From a virus: 64,000 bases of DNA. Location: IMG/VR virus record IMGVR_UViG_3300026531_000001, positions 1 to 64,000 of that record. One strand, written 5' to 3'. Shown one piece after another: positions 1 to 8,168 of the stretch; positions within the stretch are counted from its first letter, which is position 1, and each line of letters starts with the position of its first letter. The position numbers were made by a program, and so were the translations under genes. Under the pieces are notes generated by a model, which was not told the DNA's origin, searched no databases, and worked only from the letters and a program-made list of their open reading frames with translations.

Positions 1-1
1 C

Positions 2-304
2 GACCGGCCGGAGGTTGCCTACAACGGCCCAACCCGTAACGCACGCAGCGTGTGGACGATCGCCACCAAGCCGTTCCCGGGGGCGCACTCCGCCGTCATG
101 CCGCTCGAGCTCGCCGAGCGCGCGGTGCTGGCCGGGTGCCCCACCGGGGGGACGGTGTTAGACCCGTTCGCCGGCAGTGGCACGACGGGCGTGGCGGCGC
201 TGCGCAACGCCCGCTACTTCATCGGCATCGAGGCAAACCCAGAGTATGCGGAGATGGCACAGCAGCGGCTCGAGGCCACGCCTATGCCGTTGCTAGCGTT
301 CTAG
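2..304 (+). CDS. DNA N4/N6 methyltransferase, C-terminal part (5'-truncated)
   Basis: SVWTI..H.AVMP..LAER followed by the SAM-binding motif [12 protein letters not shown] and GIEANPEY. Confidence 0.85.
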   Translation, partial: DRPEVAYNGPTRNARSVWTIATKPFPGAHSAVMPLELAERAVLAGCPTGGTVLDPFAGSGTTGVAALRNARYFIGIEANPEYAEMAQQRLEATPMPLLAF

Positions 305-312
305 GAGATTGC

Positions 313-471
313 ATGGTTCTGTTTTACCTGATCTACACCATCATTTCTTGGATCCTTATCTTCTGGCTCCTGCGCGATGTGCTGACCGGCCGGGAGCGGG
401 CATGGATAGCCCTGGTAGTGCTGGTTTTGGCCGGCGGGTTGGTGTGGTTGATGCGGGGGGTGGGCGTATGA
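313..471 (+). CDS. Small two-TM membrane protein
   Basis: AGGAG RBS; MVLFYLIYTIISWILIFWLL...WIALVVLVLAGGLVWLM; stop overlaps the next ATG. Confidence 0.6.
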   Translation: MVLFYLIYTIISWILIFWLLRDVLTGRERAWIALVVLVLAGGLVWLMRGVGV

Positions 472-833
472 ACGTACAGATGGCCAAGATAGACAAGGCG
501 GAGATCGTTGCCCAGCTCATGCGAGACGGGATTGAGCACGAGCTGGCAGAGTTGATGGTTGACGCTGCTACAAAGCTCATTCCGTCGGCAGCCGTCATTG
601 ATGGGAAACTCGATCCCCTGGCGCTGTTCATGTACGGCGCAGCGGCGGCGTTAGAGCAATCAGCAGCAATGTTCACTAGCGCAGTAAAGGGTGTTGACAG
701 CGGTGAGCCATGCGGTGCCGAAAAACGGGCCACAATGCGACAAACTGCATTCCTGCTCGGTGTGGCTGCAGTAATGACGGACGCCTTGGCTAAGTCGGTT
801 GGAGCTGAGGAACAGGTGGTGCCGCAAGCGTGA
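468..833 (+). CDS. Hypothetical protein
   Basis: ATGA/GTGA translational coupling at both ends; start reassigned to ATG468. Confidence 0.6.
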   Translation: MNVQMAKIDKAEIVAQLMRDGIEHELAELMVDAATKLIPSAAVIDGKLDPLALFMYGAAAALEQSAAMFTSAVKGVDSGEPCGAEKRATMRQTAFLLGVAAVMTDALAKSVGAEEQVVPQA

Positions 834-1861
834 GCATCAGTAGAGGCATCGCGACCCGCGCCTACTACAACGAGCATGACCCGTTCGCGGCGGCGTGGCT
901 ACGGAACCTGATCGCCGCCGGACTCATACCCGACGGCGACGTGGACGAGCGGGACATCAGGGAGGTGGACCCTAGTGAGCTGCACGGATACACCCAGTGG
1001 CACTATTTTGCTGGCATCGGAGGGTGGCCCTACGCCCTGCGACTCGCAGGATGGCCGGACGACTGGCCGGTCCTCACCGGGTCGCCGCCGTGCCAGCCGT
1101 TCTCGAGCGCCGGCAAGCGGCGCGGGGTCGAGGACGAGCGACACCTCGCCCCTATTTGGCTCCGGCACGTCCAGGAGCTCAAACCTAGCGTCCTCTTTGG
1201 TGAGCAGGTTGCAGCGGCGGTTACCCTCCACGACTGGCTCGACGATCTGCTCGATGCGCTGGAGCTGGCGGGCTACGCCGCGGGGGCGGTGGTATTGCCA
1301 GCTTGTAGCGTCGGCGCGCCCCATCTCCGGCAGCGCCTCTGGATCGTCGCAGACCGTTTGGGCGACGCCGGCAGCGCGAGACTGGCGGAGTGGGCGGGCA
1401 TCGCAGGAAACGCTCGCCCGCAACTCGAGGCCGCTCAACGAGCAAGTGGAGATGCTGGCCACATGGCCGACACCGATCGCCGGGGACGAGAGGGACAGCG
1501 ACAGGCACGGGAGCGGCAACCTCAAGCTGCTGGGAGCCGCGAGGCTGGCGGTTTGGCCGACGCCGCAGACGGACAGCTTCCGCAGCCGCGGCGGCGACCG
1601 GAAGCACGAAATGGGCTTGGACCAGCTGGCGCGCAGCATCCCCGAGATGGGGCCGGCGCGGATCACGGCGGATGGGCGGCTCCTGACTGGCTCCTGTGCC
1701 GGGACGGCGCATGGAGGCCGGTTGAGCCCGGCACATTCCCGCTGGTTGATGGGGTTCCCGCGCGTGTGGGACGATTGCGCGCCTACGGAAACGCCATCGT
1801 CCCGCAGGTCGCCGCAGAAGTGATCCGGGCTTGGATGGAAGTGCGCGGGTTGGCGGGGTGA
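830..1861 (+). CDS. C5-cytosine DNA methyltransferase (alpha polypeptide)
   Basis: FAGIGG (motif I), GSPPCQPFS (IV), EQV (VI), HLRQRLWIVA (VIII), LRAYGNAIVPQVA (X); motif IX absent in this frame. Confidence 0.9.
   Translation: MSISRGIATRAYYNEHDPFAAAWLRNLIAAGLIPDGDVDERDIREVDPSELHGYTQWHYFAGIGGWPYALRLAGWPDDWPVLTGSPPCQPFSSAGKRRGVEDERHLAPIWLRHVQELKPSVLFGEQVAAAVTLHDWLDDLLDALELAGYAAGAVVLPACSVGAPHLRQRLWIVADRLGDAGSARLAEWAGIAGNARPQLEAAQRASGDAGHMADTDRRGREGQRQARERQPQAAGSREAGGLADAADGQLPQPRRRPEARNGLGPAGAQHPRDGAGADHGGWAAPDWLLCRDGAWRPVEPGTFPLVDGVPARVGRLRAYGNAIVPQVAAEVIRAWMEVRGLAG
975..1823 (+). CDS. Nested +1-frame polypeptide of the C5 MTase (WPTP repeats and motif IX; true start uncertain)
   Basis: WATP/WPTP/WPTP repeats and GRLSPAHSRWLMGFPRVW (motif IX-like). 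Confidence 0.7.
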   Translation: MSCTDTPSGTILLASEGGPTPCDSQDGRTTGRSSPGRRRASRSRAPASGAGSRTSDTSPLFGSGTSRSSNLASSLVSRLQRRLPSTTGSTICSMRWSWRATPRGRWYCQLVASARPISGSASGSSQTVWATPAARDWRSGRASQETLARNSRPLNEQVEMLATWPTPIAGDERDSDRHGSGNLKLLGAARLAVWPTPQTDSFRSRGGDRKHEMGLDQLARSIPEMGPARITADGRLLTGSCAGTAHGGRLSPAHSRWLMGFPRVWDDCAPTETPSSRRSPQK

Positions 1862-1873
1862 GGGGGCGTAGCC

Positions 1874-2290
1874 ATGGACCACGCACCCATGACCATCGAG
1901 GAGTACGAGCGCCGCATCCCGCCGTGGTGCTCCTTGCGCACTGCGCAGGAGCACGTCGAAGAGATGCTGGGATGCTGGAGCGTGACCGCCGGGTTCGCGG
2001 AGCGCGAGGGCAACTGCAAGGGGTGCGAGTTCTACGCGCCCCAGGGGGTGACAAGAATGGAAAGTGAGAAGAAGCTGCTCGAGCTGGCGCGCGATCTGGC
2101 GCGCGCAAAAAGAGACCTAGCCGAGAAGGAAAAGCACCTGGACTGGTCGCGCGACTACGCCCTCCGGCGCTGGCAGGAGGCCAACGCGGAGGACATTCAC
2201 GAGCACGGCCAGCTCCAAACGGTCGTGGCCGAGCTCGAGCGCCAGCTGATCGAGACGGCGCAGGCGCTCGAGGCTCAGGAGCGGAGGTGA
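1874..2290 (+). CDS. Hypothetical protein (Cys motif plus coiled coil)
   Basis: GAGGGGG RBS; CxxC; heptad-rich C-terminus. Confidence 0.6.
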   Translation: MDHAPMTIEEYERRIPPWCSLRTAQEHVEEMLGCWSVTAGFAEREGNCKGCEFYAPQGVTRMESEKKLLELARDLARAKRDLAEKEKHLDWSRDYALRRWQEANAEDIHEHGQLQTVVAELERQLIETAQALEAQERR

Positions 2291-2333
2291 TCCCCATGCG
2301 CAAGGTCTAAGCCGAGCACCCTACCTCCAGGCG

Positions 2334-2353
2334 ACCGCCCCCACCGCTACGGT
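2334..2353 (+). promoter_or_regulatory. Putative late promoter ACCGCC-N8-TACGGT (representative of about a dozen copies)
   Basis: 6 nt before GTG2360; same geometry upstream of many structural genes. Confidence 0.7.
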
Positions 2354-2359
2354 GGGGGC

Positions 2360-3250
2360 GTGGCACGTTCGGGCAGCTACGACGTTCAGGTGCAGCTCGG
2401 GCTCCCGGGCAAGCTCGAGTCCATGCTGGCCCGGGCCATCGGCGACGTGGGGGCGGTCTTCCCCAACTCGCTACGCGCCATCAGCGCCCTCGCCGAGGCC
2501 GCGCAGCGCCGCTGGATCGCCTACGCTTCGGGGGAGCTTCCGCTGCCGAACGGCCACCGCATGCGGCGCCACACCGGGCAGTACGCCGAGAGCATCCAGA
2601 TCGAGGTGGACACGGGCGACGGCTATGTGCGCTACGTGGTCTACTCGGACGACCCAAAGGCGGCCAGCCTCGAGTGGGGCACCCCGGCGTGGGACATGCA
2701 CAAGCTCCTTTACAGCTCCCACAAGGCGCGGATCAGCAAGAAGGGGCACCGCTACCTGGTGATCCCCTTTCGTTGGGGCACCCCTGGCACGCTGGCCGTA
2801 GGGGCCTACGTTGGACGCGAGATGCCCCAGGCGGTGCACACCTGGTGGTTGCAGCAAGACCGCGAGGACTCATGGATCACCGGGGAATACGAAGAGCCCT
2901 CTATCCAGGACGAAAACGTCAAGGTGCGGCGGTTCACCTACCGCTGGGGCGACCGCCTCACCCCCAAGGACGTTGAGGAGCTGGGTCTCGACCCGAATGA
3001 GGGGGTGGGCAAGCGCCTCGTGGGAATGGTGCGGATGCGCAACCCCGAGTTCGGCTTCCTGCGCAGCGAGTACATGACCTTCCGCACCCTCTCCGAGGCC
3101 AACCCCGAGGGCTGGATGCACCCCGGGACCCCGGAGCTCGGCGTCGCCCGGGCGGTTTACGAGTGGGTGGAGCAGGTGTACCCGTCCATCATGGAGCAGG
3201 CGCTCGAGCACGACATCGAGCAGCTGAAGAAGCGCGTGGGCAACAAGTAA
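2360..3250 (+). CDS. Putative neck/head-tail joining protein
   Basis: Position before the sheath; TGQYAESI, LEWGTPAWDM, YLVIPFR and WMHPG motifs typical of myophage neck proteins. Confidence 0.6.
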   Translation: MARSGSYDVQVQLGLPGKLESMLARAIGDVGAVFPNSLRAISALAEAAQRRWIAYASGELPLPNGHRMRRHTGQYAESIQIEVDTGDGYVRYVVYSDDPKAASLEWGTPAWDMHKLLYSSHKARISKKGHRYLVIPFRWGTPGTLAVGAYVGREMPQAVHTWWLQQDREDSWITGEYEEPSIQDENVKVRRFTYRWGDRLTPKDVEELGLDPNEGVGKRLVGMVRMRNPEFGFLRSEYMTFRTLSEANPEGWMHPGTPELGVARAVYEWVEQVYPSIMEQALEHDIEQLKKRVGNK

Positions 3251-3470
3251 CGCGGGCGCGGCATGGAGCCACGCCCGCGGTGGGAGGTTGAACCCGGCTG
3301 GCGGGGAGGTCGCGCGCTGGCCAAGCGCGCCGCGCCGTTCGCATCGGGCTGGGCGGCCCGTGTCCCTATTTCCCCCTCCCAGGGTTGCGTACACGGGGGC
3401 GCCGCCGGGTTTGCTGGGGCTCGAGCACCCCGCAGCCCAAGCCTACCGCCGGCGGCCGTAGGGTGGCCTC

Positions 3471-4370
3471 ATGCCCGAGATGCGCTTCTACGTCCAGCCC
3501 ATGCCGTCCGGCGCCGCGACCCGGGTCGTGCTGGGCCTCGAGGACGGCCTCGACCCCTACGTCTACGTCACCCGGGACCCGGCACCCCCCGACCCCGCCA
3601 ACCCGGGGCCGGCGCGCGCGCTCGTCACCCCGTCGTCGCGCATCTACCCCGCCGAGGACCCCTTGCGGGTGCACCCCCACCCGCGCCTGAAGTTTCGCCA
3701 GGCCCTCGACCTGGACCGTGAGCTCGAGCTGGGACCGGTCTACTACCACCTCTTCGCCACCCCCGACCGCGGGGCCTCCTTCCTGGGCCCCGTGACCGTG
3801 AGCGTGGACGCGGCCACCCCGTCGCGCACCGCCGCCTCGTTCGCCACTCGCGACCTGGTGCGGCCGCGCCTCGACTACCACCTCGCCCGCTTCGTGGACG
3901 AAGGCCGCATCCAGCCGGCCGCCGGGTATGTTCCCGTGCTCGAGCAGGAGTCCCTGGCCAAGGACGACCCGTTGCCGGCGGTGCTCATCAAGGAGGCCAT
4001 CATCCCGACCACCTACGGGATCGGCCAGCACCGCGGGGAGTGGGTGGACAACGGCGACGGCACCGCCTACCGGGAGTTCGCCTACCGGTATCGGGCGCGC
4101 CTCGACATGCTCGTGGTCAGCGAGAACCCGGCTGAGCGCACCGAGCTCGCCAACGCCCTGCATGATGCCCTGCTCACCGACCAACCCCTGCTCGAGACCG
4201 TAGGGTATCGCGGCCTCACGATCCAGCGCATGACCCACGCCGCCCCCTCCCCTGAGGGCTTCATGGTCTACGGGGAGGAGATTACCCTTGACGGCGAAGT
4301 AGAAATGGTAGCGCGCGAAGAGCTGCGTTATGCAGTAGCCGAAATGGAGACCTTTTTCACACCGCTATGA
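3471..4370 (+). CDS. Putative tail completion/neck protein
   Basis: Leaderless promoter; structural-module position; beta-rich. Confidence 0.5.
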   Translation: MPEMRFYVQPMPSGAATRVVLGLEDGLDPYVYVTRDPAPPDPANPGPARALVTPSSRIYPAEDPLRVHPHPRLKFRQALDLDRELELGPVYYHLFATPDRGASFLGPVTVSVDAATPSRTAASFATRDLVRPRLDYHLARFVDEGRIQPAAGYVPVLEQESLAKDDPLPAVLIKEAIIPTTYGIGQHRGEWVDNGDGTAYREFAYRYRARLDMLVVSENPAERTELANALHDALLTDQPLLETVGYRGLTIQRMTHAAPSPEGFMVYGEEITLDGEVEMVAREELRYAVAEMETFFTPL

Positions 4371-4609
4371 CGCGAGGTGTCACCGTGCTCATACTTACCG
4401 ACCAACGCCACGTCTGCGTGGAGTGCAAGAGTGCTTACTTTGTTACCGCTGACGATACATATGCTGAAGGAGAAGACCTGCTAACCCATGATGTGCACCC
4501 CCTGGATCGTCACCCTACCGACCCCGCGCGCTTCCTATGCCCGGCGTGCGGTGGGGAACTCGTCAACGTCCATTGGGTAGACGAAGCACTCAGCTTGCAA
4601 GATTACTAG
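4367..4609 (+). CDS. Small zinc-ribbon protein
   Basis: CVEC...CPACGG; start overlaps the upstream stop. Confidence 0.55.
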   Translation: MTRGVTVLILTDQRHVCVECKSAYFVTADDTYAEGEDLLTHDVHPLDRHPTDPARFLCPACGGELVNVHWVDEALSLQDY

Positions 4610-4662
4610 GCCGTCTTGTAAACTAGACAGCGAGGAGGGGCCACCCTGCCCCCCTTACAACT

Positions 4663-4958
4663 GGGGCCGAAATGGATTCGACGGGGAGGGGCGATTGGGC
4701 GCTGCGGGCCGAGGAGCCGGTGGCCTCGTAAAAACCGGCACGCCATAACTGGCAACCCCATGCTCAAAGCCGCTTAGCGGCGAACACTATCGGCAAGAGG
4801 CACTGAGACCCTAACCTTCTGGTAAACGTATGCTTGACACCGCCGCACAATGGAGTGCCCGCCCAGCGTGCGGAACACAACATCTGGTAGGGCTACGCTC
4901 GTAGACGCGCTCAGTCTCCCCTTTTCGGACGCGGGTTCGACCCCCGCCGGCTCCACCA
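4663..4958 (+). ncRNA. ssrA: tmRNA; tag reading frame GNPMLKAA* at 4751-4777
   Basis: 5' GGGGCCGAAATGGATTCGAC; 3' GCGGGTTCGACCCCCGCCGGCTCCACCA; G3:U70 pair; ATAACT before the resume codon; tag ends in AA-stop. Confidence 0.93.
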
Positions 4959-4968
4959 GAAACTCACC

Positions 4969-4991
4969 GACCGCCCCGTAATGGGGCGGTC
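4969..4991 (+). terminator. Hairpin after tmRNA
   Basis: GACCGCCCC-gtaat-GGGGCGGTC. Confidence 0.55.
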
Positions 4992-5038
4992 TCACGTTAT
5001 CGGTGGCCAGACCGCACACGCCGCTAGAGTGGCGGTGT

Positions 5039-5233
5039 ATGGCACGGGATAAGGCGGCAAAAACCACGAAGGCACCCGCCCCGCCCGCAGTAATCAGCCT
5101 CGGTCTCTTCCTGCAAGTGCGGCCGCAGGCACCGATGGTCTCGGGCATTCTCCAGGCGCTACACGCCAACGAAAAACACACCCTGGAGGAGTGGGAGCAA
5201 CTGACGGCAGGCACCCTGAAGAAGCGTGTCTAA
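5039..5233 (+). CDS. Small pre-sheath virion protein
   Basis: Late-type motif upstream; ends at the AAGGAGG RBS of the sheath gene. Confidence 0.55.
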   Translation: MARDKAAKTTKAPAPPAVISLGLFLQVRPQAPMVSGILQALHANEKHTLEEWEQLTAGTLKKRV

Positions 5234-5242
5234 GGAGGCAAG

Positions 5243-6982
5243 ATGAGCAAGTTTGGAGTGCTATTTGACGGCCGGGACATCGTACTCCCCGGGGTATATG
5301 CCCGCGTGCGCGCGGACAGCATGACCCCTGAGCGCGGCGTCCCCAGTCGGGCCTTGGCGATTATCGCCCCGGCCCAAGGCGGCGAAGTGGGCGGCATTAC
5401 CCGCGTCACCCGCTTCAACGACATCCGCAAGAAACTAGTCGGAGGTACTGGCGCCAAGCTGGCCGAAGTGGCCATGGGTCCCAGCGGCGAGGTGCCGGGT
5501 GCAACCGAAATCCACTTCGTACGCGTCAACAAGGCAGTGCCCGCGTCGCTCGACCTTGGCGACGTGCTGCTCGAGGCCAAGGTCGCCGGTCGCGTCGGAA
5601 ACGCCGTGCGCGTTCTGCGGGTGCCCAACGGCGGTGCCTATGACCTGCAGGTGGAGGATACCTACCGCGGCCTCTCCGAAACGTACAAGGGACTGGGGCC
5701 GGTGCTCGAGCTCACCTACAACGGCGCCAACTCCAGCCCCACCGTAGCCGTCACCGACAACGCCGGGGTGAAGACCCTCACTCTCACCGGAGACGCCACC
5801 GCAACCTTCGACTCTGACCAGCTCGACACCCTCGAGAAGCTGGCCGACGCGATCAATAACACCAGCGAGTGGAGCGCCCGCGTCGTAGGGCCGCTGGTCG
5901 GAGTGCGCACCGCCGACCTGCCCGCGCAGACCCCCACCCTCGCCGGCACCCCGCCCAAGACCACCCTCGACCTGCAGGGTAAAGCGTATGAGTACGCCCT
6001 CGCCGACAGCGCCATCATCCAGGCCACCGCGCAGGCCGCGGCCCCGAGCGCTACCGCCAGCTGGCAGTTCCTCTCAGCCGGCTCGGAAGGCCCGGCACCC
6101 ACGGTGCAGGACTGGCTTGACGCCCTGGCGCTGATCGAGTCGGTAGACGTATACGGCGTCGTCGTCGGCACGGGCGACCTCGCTGTGCTGGCAGCCGCCA
6201 AGCAGCATGTGCTCGACATGAGCAATACCAAGGCCCGCAAGGAGCGCCAGCTCTACGTCGGTCCCAATCTGCAAAGCAGCAAGACCGCACTCAAAGACGC
6301 GCTCACGCAGATGGCCCAGGTCCTGGGTAGCGCCCGCGTCGTCGTCGCCGGCTTCGAGCCGGAACTCATCAGCGCTACCACCGGCAAGGTGGAGCGCCAG
6401 CCGGCCTACTACTTTGCGGCCATGGCTGCGGGTATGAAAGCCGGAAACCGGCCGGAGATGCCCCTCACCAACAAAAGCGTATCGGTCTACGGCGGCACCA
6501 AGTGGACCACGGTCGAACTTGAGGAGCTGCTCGAGGCTGGCGTCATGCCGGCACACTACGACGCCCCTAACGGCCGCTGGGTCATCACTCACGGCATCAC
6601 GTCCTACACCCGCGACGCCAATGTCATCTACCGCAAGATTGCGGGCATGGACATCGCCGACTGGCTCAACAAGAAAATCCGCAAACGCCTGGGCCGCTTC
6701 GTGGGCCAGGTGGGCGACGCCCTCACTGTGAAGCAGATTCTCAACGCCGTGGTGGGCATGCTACAGGAAGAGGTCCGCGGCCCCAACAACCCCGACGGCG
6801 TACTCACCCCCGGGGTGGACCCGAATACCGGCCAGCCCACACCCGCCTTCCGCAATGTGGAGGCCATCATGGACGGGTTCGATCTGGTCGGCATCCGCTA
6901 TGAGGCACACCCGGTAGGCGAAATCGCCTACATCATGGCCACCGCAAACCTGACGCCCGTAAAGATCGTGGCCAGCGCCTAA
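5243..6982 (+). CDS. Tail sheath protein
   Basis: N-terminal LPGVY, PLTNK, GITSY and RFVG motifs; 579 aa. Confidence 0.92.
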   Translation: MSKFGVLFDGRDIVLPGVYARVRADSMTPERGVPSRALAIIAPAQGGEVGGITRVTRFNDIRKKLVGGTGAKLAEVAMGPSGEVPGATEIHFVRVNKAVPASLDLGDVLLEAKVAGRVGNAVRVLRVPNGGAYDLQVEDTYRGLSETYKGLGPVLELTYNGANSSPTVAVTDNAGVKTLTLTGDATATFDSDQLDTLEKLADAINNTSEWSARVVGPLVGVRTADLPAQTPTLAGTPPKTTLDLQGKAYEYALADSAIIQATAQAAAPSATASWQFLSAGSEGPAPTVQDWLDALALIESVDVYGVVVGTGDLAVLAAAKQHVLDMSNTKARKERQLYVGPNLQSSKTALKDALTQMAQVLGSARVVVAGFEPELISATTGKVERQPAYYFAAMAAGMKAGNRPEMPLTNKSVSVYGGTKWTTVELEELLEAGVMPAHYDAPNGRWVITHGITSYTRDANVIYRKIAGMDIADWLNKKIRKRLGRFVGQVGDALTVKQILNAVVGMLQEEVRGPNNPDGVLTPGVDPNTGQPTPAFRNVEAIMDGFDLVGIRYEAHPVGEIAYIMATANLTPVKIVASA

Positions 6983-6996
6983 AGGAGGAGTGAACC

Positions 6997-7449
6997 GTGT
7001 CCCAGATCAGCACCCAGAACACCCGCCACGCCAACCGCTGCCGCATCATCATTGACGGCAAGATCATGGCGGAAGGAACCAGCTTGCAGGTCTCGGAGGC
7101 CGGCGGCACCTCGGGCGTCTACACCATCGGCTCCGAGTACCCGCACGAGCACATCCACAACCAGTACCAGGCGCAGGGCTCGATCAGCGCCCTCTACTGG
7201 AAGGAAGGGGCGATTGACGACCTCAGCCTCGGCGACGGCGAGCTCGTCGAAATCCCCACCTTCGACATCGAAGCGTACGACGAGAGCGACGGGGCCGTCC
7301 TCTTCGTCCTGCGTGGTTGCACCCTGTCCAACCGCTCGCTGGGCATCAACGCCAACCAGCCCGTCTCGCGCAACGTCCAGTTCATGGCCCTGCGCGTGGA
7401 CGACCGAGGCGCAGGCGGCGCCGCTACTCCGGGGCCCGTCACGATCTAA
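6997..7449 (+). CDS. Tail tube protein
   Basis: 150 aa, beta-rich, directly after the sheath; strong RBS. Confidence 0.85.
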   Translation: MSQISTQNTRHANRCRIIIDGKIMAEGTSLQVSEAGGTSGVYTIGSEYPHEHIHNQYQAQGSISALYWKEGAIDDLSLGDGELVEIPTFDIEAYDESDGAVLFVLRGCTLSNRSLGINANQPVSRNVQFMALRVDDRGAGGAATPGPVTI

Positions 7450-7466
7450 CCCCCACCGCCAGCGAT

Positions 7467-7498
7467 CCGCCGGGGCTAGGTCCCCGGCGGTTTTCTTT
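7467..7498 (+). terminator. Intrinsic terminator
   Basis: CCGCCGGGG...CCCCGGCGG followed by TTTTCTTT. Confidence 0.8.
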
Positions 7499-7527
7499 CA
7501 CGCCACGCCAGCACCTAGGGTGCAGGT

Positions 7528-7914
7528 ATGGATCGCACCGCAACCGGAAGCGTCACTATTACTCACGACAATCCCGACCTAGCAGGGGAAGTCACTTTCC
7601 ACTTGGCCACCCTCTACGAGCAGGTGCGCATCGGCCGCCGCGTCGCGCAGATGTGCGCCCCGGCCCAGTGGGAGCAGCTGCCTCCTGATGACCGCGCTCT
7701 CACGCGCATGCTGGCTACGCTCGAGCACGTCATTGATACCGCCCCCAAAGGCTTCTATGTGGAGGACGGGGGTGGCAAGCCAGTGCTGGCGCCAGGCCAA
7801 CTGCTCGGGCCGGACGTAGACGTGCTATGGGCGATCTACACCGCCTATGTGCAGCTGGAGGATGACTTTCGTGGCCGAAGCCGAGCTACTGGCGGAGCTC
7901 AGGAAACGACCTGA
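7528..7914 (+). CDS. Tail assembly chaperone (G-like)
   Basis: Between tube and tape measure; leaderless TAGGGT-6nt-ATG. Confidence 0.75.
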   Translation: MDRTATGSVTITHDNPDLAGEVTFHLATLYEQVRIGRRVAQMCAPAQWEQLPPDDRALTRMLATLEHVIDTAPKGFYVEDGGGKPVLAPGQLLGPDVDVLWAIYTAYVQLEDDFRGRSRATGGAQETT

Positions 7915-8167
7915 GGCCCGCTGGATCTACGACGCAGCCAAGGCGCTGGGGCGTGACCCTCTGAAGGCACTCGGGATACATGGGCCGCTAACGCTCGAGC
8001 GCACGCGGTTCGTTCTCGAAATGGAAGATCCCAGACTCGCCCAGACCATCGCCGACGAAGAGGCTATTGACGAGTTCCGGCGCCGCGACCAGGCGGAGTC
8101 CGCATGGCGCGCCGCCCTTCCCGGGGGCAAGGGATACCGCGGCGAGCGCGGGGTAGTGGAGGTCTGA
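7862..8167 (+). CDS. Tail chaperone extension (GT-like, probable +1 frameshift at TTT-CGT 7867-7872)
   Basis: Overlapping +1 frame immediately before the tape measure gene. Confidence 0.65.
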   Translation: MTFVAEAELLAELRKRPEARWIYDAAKALGRDPLKALGIHGPLTLERTRFVLEMEDPRLAQTIADEEAIDEFRRRDQAESAWRAALPGGKGYRGERGVVEV

Positions 8168-8168
8168 G

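Noticed and set aside
3263-3721. 152-aa ORF
   Set aside because: Pro/Arg low-complexity; overlaps the better-supported 3471 gene and a structured spacer
4663-4958. tmRNA or tRNAs as prophage attachment sites
   Set aside because: Phage genes continue on both sides; no integrase and no duplicated 3' end seen
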